A program made the position numbers and the translations under genes. Positions 17,818 through 25,174 of a stretch of 30,898 bases of DNA are shown one piece after another (within the stretch, counting starts at the first letter, position 1; each line of letters starts with the position of its first letter). This DNA comes from Verrucomicrobiota bacterium (GTDB lineage Bacteria; Verrucomicrobiota; Verrucomicrobiia; Chthoniobacterales; UBA10450): contig QHPN01000101.1 of assembly GCA_003219115.1 (NCBI GenBank), positions 1 through 30,898 of the forward strand. Reading direction: 5' to 3'. Below the pieces are notes generated by a model, which saw only the letters and a list, made by a program, of their open reading frames with translations, did not search any database and had not been told where the DNA came from.

Positions 17818-19480
17818 TCACCGTCGCGGGTCGATGGGATCAGCTTTCATCATGGCGTCGCGTTGCGGTTTGAATTCATTTCCCGGCTTCCACTCCGGAT
17901 ATTTATCGCCGTTCGAGACTTCATAACCAACCTGAAAGAGTAGTTGCACGTCTTGCACGGCACCGGATAAATCCCAGTCAGGCTTTACCTCGTCGGAAAC
18001 TTGGTGGTAATCGTGCAGGTCAAATTCGTCGGCACGTAATGGCGCATCGGCCGCGCGTGACAGCAGATGCTCGTTTTTCCCGATATAAAGTACCGGTACT
18101 CCAACTTTAGCGAATTCAAAATTATCTGCGCGATAAATGCTGCCTGCGGCCCTGCGCTTGTGCCCGTTTTGCCAATGCATCGTCCAACGTCGACATACCG
18201 AAACTCGTATCTTCTACGTCGCGCGTTTTCCCCCACACATTCATGCTATCGATGTTGATGTCGGCCAATGTTTTCATCAGCGGGTAGAGCGGATGGAGCG
18301 CGTAATATTTGGCGCCGAGCAAGCCCGCTTCCTCCGCGGTGGTAGCCATGAAAAGGAGCGAGCGCTTGGGCGACGGATTCACCTTCGTAAAGGCGCGCCC
18401 CAGCGAGATGAGCGTCGCTACACCGGATGCGTTATCGACCGCGCCGTTAAAAATCTGATCGCCGGACAACTCGGGATGTTTTCCAAGGTGATCCCAATGT
18501 GCGCTGAAAATTACATATTCGTCTTTCCATTTGGGATCACTGCCTTCCAATTTGGCGATGACGTTGTGCGATTTGAATGTGCGAAGCTCCTGTTTGATTT
18601 CAAAGTTGGCCTTTGCCTTCAATGCAACTGGCCGAAAGTCTTTGCTGATGGCGGATTTCTTCAGCGCATCGAAATCCTGTCCGGAATCAGCTAGCAATTT
18701 TTTCGCAACATCGAGTGTGATCCACGAGCGCACCGACACCGCGCCCGCGTTCTTGTCCGGCGTATCGAGCTCGAAATTTTCCTTCGACCAGCTGGTGCGC
18801 ACGACCGAATAGGGATAAGCAGCTGGCTCCGTCTCGTGAATAATCACTGCAGCGGCCGCTCCTTTTTTTGCAGCGATTTCGTATTTGTAGCTCCAGCGCC
18901 CGTAGTAGGTCATGGCGCGGCCACCAAACATCTTGTCGTCCAGTTTGCCCGGGTCTTTTGCATCTGGAATGGGCGGATCGTTGATCAACATCAGGAGCGT
19001 TTTGCCGCGCACATCCACATCTTTGTAATCATTCCAACCATATTCCGGAGCGACGATTCCGTAACCGACAAAGACGATGTCGGAATTGTCGACTTTGATT
19101 TGCTCCTGCAACCGCGCTGAGGAAGCGACATAATCGTCGGGATAATTCAGCGCCATCTTTTGCTCGCCCACAACAAACGAGGCAGTGGGGGCGCTTTTTA
19201 TACCCGCCAGCGGAACTTCCTGAAAATAAGTGCCGTCGGGATTTCCCGGTATTAACCCGATCGTCTTGAACTGGTCGGCGATGTATTTGATTGAAAGCTC
19301 TTCGCCTTTTGAACCGGGAGCGCGCCCTTCGAATTCATCGGAGGCGAGCATTTTGATATGGGCAAGCAATCCATCGGCTGTGATGGCATCAAGCGCAGGT
19401 TTTAGCCGGTCCGTTTCAGAATCGGCGGCGAATCCAATCTTTACCAACGAAAGGGCGATCAGGATGGCGATGATTTTCAT
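17818..19480 (-). pseudogene. Exported peptidase M28 with PA domain, frameshifted near 18145
   Basis: Signal MKIIAILIALSLVKIGFA, then SDEFEGRAPGS, SAHWDHLG, GAVDNASG and TAEEAGLLG. The C-terminal GSIYRADNFEFAKVGVP...YHQVSDEV is in another frame (17818-18180). Joined length 1663 nt. Confidence 0.85.
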
Positions 19481-19489
19481 CCATTTCTT

Positions 19490-19551
19490 TGTAGCGGCGG
19501 TCTCCGACCGTCGCAACCAGATGGATTCGGCGGTCAGAGACCGCCGCTACA
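19490..19551. repeat. GTAG-tagged REP doublet
   Basis: 21-bp IR with 1 mismatch: tgtagcggcggtctccgaccg / cggtcagagaccgccgctaca. Confidence 0.9.
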
Positions 19552-19585
19552 GCTCGGAGCGGAGTGCCCAGATCGATGGCCCAAG

Positions 19586-21733
19586 TTATTTGTTTCCCGT
19601 CATCAACGCAGTGGAGGTGTTCCCTTCGCTGATCCCGATCTTTTTCAAAAAAGGCTGCACCGATTGTTTGCGCGCGAGAAACTTCTCAATCGATTCGTTG
19701 ACATCGCGAGAATCGCCCATTGCGTAAATTTCATTTCGCAATCGCATTCCTGCCTGCTTATCGTAATAACCCTCAGGCGCGCTTTCAAAGACCGTCGCCA
19801 TGTCGGCGGCGATCGCATCGGCCCAGGCATAACCGTAGTAGCCAGCATCGTAGCCATTGAGATGTCCGAAGTAGGAGACGAAGGTCGTGCTCGGGTCGAT
19901 CGGGAGAAACACTTTTTCTAAAATCGGGTTCGAGATTCCAACGCAATCGTAGGATGCATTCTCCGGATGCGGCCCGTGCAATGCCAGATCAAGCGAGGCG
20001 AAGGCAAATTGGCGGCGATAAAACACGCCCGCAGTCGCGAGCTTGGCATCTTTCATTTTTTGGATGGTCTCCGCCGGAATTTTTTTCGACGGGTCACGGT
20101 AATCTGCCGCGAAAGAATCAAGCACGCGTTTATCCCAGACCCAGTTTTGCAGCATTTGCGAGGGAGCTTCGACAAAATCCGTGGGCACATGTGTGCCGGC
20201 GAAACGGGCGTATTTTGCGTGCGTCGTAATCGTATGCAGGACGTGACCGAACTCGTGAAACAGGATCTCGACCTCGTTATGACTCAACAGTGACGGCTTG
20301 TCTGAAGTGGCAGGCGGGAAATTGCAAAGCAATGTCACCGTTGGTCGCTGATATTTTCCATCCGGCAGAAGTTTACCGCCGATAATTTCGAACTCGGCGA
20401 AGTGATTAAACTTTCCGTCGCGTGGGAACATGTCGAGGTAAAACAAACCCAGGGGTTCGCCGGTCGCGGCATCGCTCACCGCCCAGAGCTGGAGCTGGTC
20501 GATCCATTTATAAGGCGCGGCGATTTGTTCGAATTTCAACCCGAAAATCCCCTGGTAAATGGCAAACATTCCATCAAGTACTTTCTGGAACGGGAAAAAA
20601 TTCCGGAGCGCTTCAGCATCGACCGCAAATTTCTGCTTCTTGAGTTGGTTCTGATAGTAGCGCCAGTCCCAAGTGTTGATTCTGGGCGTAGCAAAAGCAC
20701 TGTTACCGGATGGCTGAAGGTCCAGCTGCTTCATTTTCTGGAGCTCAGCGAGTTCGGCCGCGAACTTGGGCTCGATTCCGGCCACAAGATCATCGATGTA
20801 CTTCTGCGCGGCCGCGCCATTCTTAGCCATGCGTGGTTCGGTTTGAAAATCGTCCCACGATTTATACCCGAGCCGGAGCGCGATCTTATTTCGCAGGTCC
20901 AACATTTTGTTTAGCAGCGGCACGTTCTTCTCCTTCGCGAGCGAATCGTGAGCAATGTAGAGCTTCTTTCGTGTCGCTTCATTCTTGGCGTTTTCTTCCA
21001 CTGCGATGAACTGCCAGGTCACATTCGCGAGCACGGTGTAGGCATCATCACCGGTTTTGATCCCTGGCTTGGTGAAAAAATCCTCCGGCATCCCTTCCAA
21101 CTCGGCTTTTGTGAAAACGACCGGCTGTTTCGTGTTGGCAATGTTCGTTCCAAAATCCGTGCCCAGCTTGGCCAGTTGTTTGCGCAACTGCTCAACCTCT
21201 TTGCGCTTCGGCGGCGGCAGAGCCAGGCCGGCTCGGCGATAATCTCGCATCGTTTCATCGAGCAACTTTTTGTCCTCACCCGCCAGCTGCGGTTTGGTCT
21301 CGGCGAAGGCTTTGATCGATTTGTATACGTTTTCCCGATAATCGATGCCCACAAACCATTCGTTCAATGTCTTGACGGCGTTTTCTGCGGCCGCGCGCAT
21401 GTTCGGGTCGGTATGCGCTTCCTTAATAATAGTAGCCTTGTTCGCAATGTTATTGGCTTCGTAACCGAGGGTGTCGAGAGCGACGAGAGTATTTTGAAAT
21501 GTCACTTTTTTCGGGTCGAGCTTGCCGATGGCATCGAGCGCGGCGTTCCCTTTTTTGATTGCATCCCTGGCCGCAACCTCAATTGCGGCGGGCGTTTGCT
21601 CCCAGTCTGGGATGGTGAGTTGTGCATTCGCCTTAGCGGCGGCGTCGCGATAGCTGTCGATGGATTTTAGGTCCTCAGCGTGCGCGACAACCGTGGTCCC
21701 AAGAATAAACAGCAGAACGTAACGGACGTTCAT
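19586..21733 (-). CDS. Peptidase M3A (thimet oligopeptidase-like) with signal peptide
   Basis: FHEFGHVLH zinc motif, DFVEAPSQMLQNW and YYGYAWA. Start moved to 21733 (MNVRYVLLFILGTTVVAHA) because the ORF-track extension overlaps MarC. Confidence 0.93.
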   Translation of the reverse strand: MNVRYVLLFILGTTVVAHAEDLKSIDSYRDAAAKANAQLTIPDWEQTPAAIEVAARDAIKKGNAALDAIGKLDPKKVTFQNTLVALDTLGYEANNIANKATIIKEAHTDPNMRAAAENAVKTLNEWFVGIDYRENVYKSIKAFAETKPQLAGEDKKLLDETMRDYRRAGLALPPPKRKEVEQLRKQLAKLGTDFGTNIANTKQPVVFTKAELEGMPEDFFTKPGIKTGDDAYTVLANVTWQFIAVEENAKNEATRKKLYIAHDSLAKEKNVPLLNKMLDLRNKIALRLGYKSWDDFQTEPRMAKNGAAAQKYIDDLVAGIEPKFAAELAELQKMKQLDLQPSGNSAFATPRINTWDWRYYQNQLKKQKFAVDAEALRNFFPFQKVLDGMFAIYQGIFGLKFEQIAAPYKWIDQLQLWAVSDAATGEPLGLFYLDMFPRDGKFNHFAEFEIIGGKLLPDGKYQRPTVTLLCNFPPATSDKPSLLSHNEVEILFHEFGHVLHTITTHAKYARFAGTHVPTDFVEAPSQMLQNWVWDKRVLDSFAADYRDPSKKIPAETIQKMKDAKLATAGVFYRRQFAFASLDLALHGPHPENASYDCVGISNPILEKVFLPIDPSTTFVSYFGHLNGYDAGYYGYAWADAIAADMATVFESAPEGYYDKQAGMRLRNEIYAMGDSRDVNESIEKFLARKQSVQPFLKKIGISEGNTSTALMTGNK

Positions 21734-21784
21734 AGACGTTGAATCGGGTGACGGAATTGTGTAGAAGCGCGACGGTAACGCCAA

Positions 21785-22366
21785 ATGCGCGATCTCGCTG
21801 AGAAATTTTTCGTCGCCTTCATCCCGCTTTTTGTCGCGATTGACCCAATCGGCTTGGTCGCGCTTTTTATGGCCCTTGGCCCCGGCGCGTCGCCGCAGCA
21901 ACGCAAGCATCAGGCGTTTCTCGGAATTTTTACCGGTCTCGGCGTTGCCACCGGCTTTATTTTTCTCGGCAAAATCATTTTTTCGGCACTCGGAATCACG
22001 GTGGCCGATTTTCAAATCGCGGGTGGCCTCATCCTTCTGATTCTGGCCACGCGCGAATTGGTCACATTCGGCCCGCCCGATCGCGGCGGCGCGGACGAAT
22101 TCGGGATCGTGCCGCTGGGAATGCCGTTGATCGCAGGGCCGGCATTGCTAACCGCTCTTCTCATTCTGATCGACACGGTTGGGATTGTGTTCACGCTCAT
22201 CTCGCTGCTGGTGAATCTCGGCATTGTCGCCGTCGCGCTTTGCAATGCCGACCGTTTCAGCCGCTGGATGGGCAAGCAAGGTTTGCGCGGCGTCTCCAAA
22301 ATCATCGCGCTCTTGTTGGCGGCGATCGCAGTAAGTTTGATCCGCCGCGGCTGGCAGATGCGTTAG
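21785..22366 (+). CDS. MarC family inner-membrane protein
   Basis: 193 aa with FIPLFVAIDPIG, FQIAGGLILL, IVPLGMPLIAGP and KIIALLLAAIAV. Confidence 0.9.
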   Translation: MRDLAEKFFVAFIPLFVAIDPIGLVALFMALGPGASPQQRKHQAFLGIFTGLGVATGFIFLGKIIFSALGITVADFQIAGGLILLILATRELVTFGPPDRGGADEFGIVPLGMPLIAGPALLTALLILIDTVGIVFTLISLLVNLGIVAVALCNADRFSRWMGKQGLRGVSKIIALLLAAIAVSLIRRGWQMR

Positions 22367-22386
22367 CCGGTTTCAATGTCATCTAA

Positions 22387-22519
22387 CAGACTATTGAAAA
22401 CCACAACTGATGTCCGCGAAACAGATCGGAACATAGGGCTGTGCCTTGTGCGCCCAGCGGACGTGTTGTCCGCCGCTGCAAAGTCTATGTTCCGAATGGC
22501 CCGGTGCTTCAACAGTCTG
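22387..22519. mobile_element. 133-bp MITE-like nested inverted-repeat element
   Basis: Terminal IR cagactattgaa / ttcaacagtctg (11 of 12), inner perfect 11-bp IR tcggaacatag (22426-22436) / ctatgttccga (22485-22495), and a gcggac/gtccgc hairpin. No target-site duplication seen. Confidence 0.6.
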
Positions 22520-22573
22520 CCCGGGCTCAGACCGATTCATGAGTGCCAACGGAGCAATAACTGCCCCACACCT

Positions 22574-23050
22574 ATGATGACTGGTGCATTAGTGAACGAA
22601 GTAGAACCGGCTCCGGAAACTGTTGCTCGTCTTGTTCGAGCTGTATTGCTCAAATCGTTGCTGGAAATACTGATTCTTTGCCTTGTTCTGGGCATAGCTG
22701 GATTCAAGTATTTCAATCCGACGATACGTGGAGAGATTATGCAAGCAGACGCTGTGAGCGTGCGTGGTTGGGTTACCAATCCGCTGGCGCCACACGATCC
22801 AATTCAACTCGAGCTTGTGATCGACGGCCGCCCCACGGCAATCATGACCGCACTAGAAGTGCAGCCTGGACACGCGGTAAGTGCCCTACGTCGAGGTAGC
22901 GAGCATCCGTTCGAGTTTTCATTTCAACGTCTGCCAGCTGGAACGCATTCAGTTCAGGTTTATGCCGTCCAAACCACACCGGGTCGGACGCTGAGTTTGG
23001 TTCCAATTACACGCCGCTCAGAAACTTTCACGCTGAGTCCGGGTAGATGA
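22574..23050 (+). CDS. Single-TM protein with a probable extracytoplasmic Ig-like domain
   Basis: TM segment LLEILILCLVLGIAGF, then the beta-strand pattern VRGW..P...LELVIDG...HPFEF...LPAGTHSVQVYAV. Start placed downstream of the MITE. ATGA overlap with the next gene. Confidence 0.6.
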   Translation: MMTGALVNEVEPAPETVARLVRAVLLKSLLEILILCLVLGIAGFKYFNPTIRGEIMQADAVSVRGWVTNPLAPHDPIQLELVIDGRPTAIMTALEVQPGHAVSALRRGSEHPFEFSFQRLPAGTHSVQVYAVQTTPGRTLSLVPITRRSETFTLSPGR

Positions 23051-23724
23051 ATGCGACTGAGAATAGTGGCTCGTCTGACACCTTATCGTGGCAAGCGATC
23101 AACCTTGCCGAAATAATTTCGGTCGTTCTTTCCATTTTGCTAGTAGAATGGGCGCTCGCGCCTTTCGCGGTGTTACCATGGCTGCTTGGTGCCCCGCCGC
23201 TCCTTGCGTTTGCGCTGATGCTGTATTCGCATCGTTGCCGTGGCGAAACAGCTCAAATGCTGGGATTCGGCGGACGCTACTTTGATCGAGCGCTTCTTCT
23301 GCTTGCCGGACCAACGTTACTGGCAATCGCCGCGTTAATATTCGTCAGCCATGCAACGCATTCGCTTCATCTGCCGGATCGATTCTGGGCCAGGCTGAGC
23401 CTGCTACCTGGTTGGGCGCTTTTACAACAGTACGTGCTGCTGGGTTTTACCTACCGGCGGCTGCGCCAATTCCTTCACGCTAATCAAACCATCATCATAA
23501 CAGCTGGACTGTTCGCCCTCGTTCACGCTCCCAATTATCCGCTGATGATTCTTACTTTCCTTGGCGGATTGATCTGGAGCTTTGTCTACGAACGCGCACC
23601 GAATTTGTTTGCGGCCTCGATATCGCACGTGCTGCTGAGTGCAACGGTTCTCATCGCGATCCCGGAATGGATCCTGCCAAGTATGACGGTCGGCTACCGT
23701 TACCTTCTATATCACAATTTCTGA
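23047..23724 (+). CDS. CPBP (CAAX protease / Abi) family intramembrane protein with EE replaced by QQ
   Basis: 225 aa, multi-TM, with WALLQQYVLLGFTYRR (EExxxR position), LFALVH (FxxxH) and NLFAASISH. Confidence 0.8.
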   Translation: MNATENSGSSDTLSWQAINLAEIISVVLSILLVEWALAPFAVLPWLLGAPPLLAFALMLYSHRCRGETAQMLGFGGRYFDRALLLLAGPTLLAIAALIFVSHATHSLHLPDRFWARLSLLPGWALLQQYVLLGFTYRRLRQFLHANQTIIITAGLFALVHAPNYPLMILTFLGGLIWSFVYERAPNLFAASISHVLLSATVLIAIPEWILPSMTVGYRYLLYHNF

Positions 23725-23734
23725 TTCGTTCTGA

Positions 23735-23769
23735 TTCGGTAGGGGTGGCCGTTCGGGCCACCTACCGAA
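23735..23769. repeat. GTAG-containing hairpin (REP-like or terminator)
   Basis: ttcggtagg-gg-tggcc-gttcg-ggcca-cctaccgaa. Confidence 0.6.
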
Positions 23770-23791
23770 AGTGTCGATTTGTGTCTCTAGG

Positions 23792-23819
23792 TTGACACTC
23801 GGTATGGTGCCGGTACCGT
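23792..23819 (+). promoter_or_regulatory. Sigma70-type promoter for hpnH-shc, near-leaderless
   Basis: TTGACA-16 bp-TACCGT, 9 nt before the ATG at 23829. No SD. Confidence 0.65.
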
Positions 23820-23828
23820 ACGGCTTCT

Positions 23829-25166
23829 ATGAGGTTTCCTTTGGCGCTCACCACCAAGATCGCTGCGTACATCGTCGGCCATAAGATCCGTGGCACGAAG
23901 AAGTTCGCTACCGTCTTGCAGCTTGAGCCATTGCACACCTGTAACCTGACTTGCACCGGTTGCGGTCGAATCCGCGAATATTCCACCTCGCTCAAAGACA
24001 TGATGCCGCTGGAGGATTGCCTCGGGGCGGCCCGGGAATGCAATGCGCCCATGGTCTCGATCTGTGGCGGCGAACCCTTGATTTACCCCCACATCGAAGC
24101 GCTTATTAACGGTTTGCTCGATCAGGGCCGGATCGTATACGTCTGTACCAACGCCATGTTCATGCGCAAGAAGATGCGCGAATGGCTGACAAAAGAATTG
24201 CGAAGTGCGGGTCCGAGCCGGACTGGCGCTAGCGGATCGCGGAGTGAACTCGAACTCAAGATCGATGATTTGGTCCGCGATGGTTTAGTTTCTGAGAAAG
24301 ACGCGGCCGCAATCCGCAATCCGCAATCCGCAATCCGCGATCACGTGATTGCGCCCAGCAGGTGGATGTATTGGAACGTGCATCTCGACGGGCTCGAGCG
24401 GACCCACGATCTGATCGTCGAGCGCGAAGGTGTCTTCAAGGAGTGCATTCTTGCCATTAAAATGGCGAAAAGCCTTGGCTATCAGGTCGCAACAAACACT
24501 ACCGTCTATAAAGAGACGGACATGGATGAGGTTGAGCAGATGCTCGATTTTTTAGCCGATCTCGGAGTTGACGGCCACACCATTACTCCGGGCTACGATT
24601 ATGACGCGGCCAAGAAAGACATGGTGAAGCGGCTCAATCTGCAGCCGGAGAATTTCTTTCTCACCCGCAAAGCGACGGTCGAGAAATTCGTGCGCATGGA
24701 AGAATGGATGAATCGCTACACGTTTTTTGGGACGCCCGTCTACTTTGAGTTTCTCGCCGGTCATCGCGATCTGACCTGCTCGGCCTGGGCCATCCCAACT
24801 CGGAATTTGATGGGCTGGAAAGCGCCGTGTTATTTCATGACCGATACCGTCGGCACGCAGGGTCATTACAAGACTTACGCCGAGATGCTGGAGAAGGTGG
24901 ATTGGGACAAGTACGGCGTCGTTAATGGTGTGGCGCGCGATCCGCGCTGTGAGAATTGCATGACCCACTGCGGTTATGAACCAACCGCCAGCCTCGGCCT
25001 TCAGGCAAAACGCGGAGACACCTGGAAGACGCTAAGGTTTAATTTTGGACCCAGACCTAAGAGCCGTGGTCGCGGCAACGAGATCGCAGTATATAACGGC
25101 GTCAGCTCGGGCAATGGGCACCTGACCGGGAAGCAGCCCGCCGCCGCCGAAGCGAAAGTTTCCTGA
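23829..25166 (+). CDS. hpnH: Hopanoid-associated radical SAM protein (adenosylhopane synthase)
   Basis: LQLEPLHTCNLTCTGCGRI (CxxxCxxC), SICGGEPLIYP, VHLDG, YFEFLAG, CSAWAIP and DPRCENCMTHCGYEPTA. Directly upstream of shc. Confidence 0.93.
   Translation: MRFPLALTTKIAAYIVGHKIRGTKKFATVLQLEPLHTCNLTCTGCGRIREYSTSLKDMMPLEDCLGAARECNAPMVSICGGEPLIYPHIEALINGLLDQGRIVYVCTNAMFMRKKMREWLTKELRSAGPSRTGASGSRSELELKIDDLVRDGLVSEKDAAAIRNPQSAIRDHVIAPSRWMYWNVHLDGLERTHDLIVEREGVFKECILAIKMAKSLGYQVATNTTVYKETDMDEVEQMLDFLADLGVDGHTITPGYDYDAAKKDMVKRLNLQPENFFLTRKATVEKFVRMEEWMNRYTFFGTPVYFEFLAGHRDLTCSAWAIPTRNLMGWKAPCYFMTDTVGTQGHYKTYAEMLEKVDWDKYGVVNGVARDPRCENCMTHCGYEPTASLGLQAKRGDTWKTLRFNFGPRPKSRGRGNEIAVYNGVSSGNGHLTGKQPAAAEAKVS
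24210..24228 (+). repeat. Micro-insert hairpin inside the hpnH coding sequence
   Basis: ggtccgagccggactggcg is identical to 9951-9969 and is translated here as GPSRTGA. Confidence 0.75.
24311..24338 (+). repeat. (AATCCGC)x4 tandem heptamer inside hpnH
   Basis: Perfect units at 24311, 24318, 24325 and 24332, encoding IRNPQSAIR. Confidence 0.92.
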
Positions 25167-25174
25167 TCACTGTC

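Noticed and set aside
21734-22015. N-terminal extension of the M3 peptidase in the ORF track
   Set aside because: It overlaps MarC antisense, and a clean signal peptide begins at 21733.
22381-22400. Integron attC site (ATCTAAC start)
   Set aside because: No matching GTTRRRY end at a suitable distance and no cassette array. It is better explained as the MITE left end.
22376-22573. N-terminal extension of the Ig-like protein
   Set aside because: It is a translation of the MITE-like element and not protein-like.
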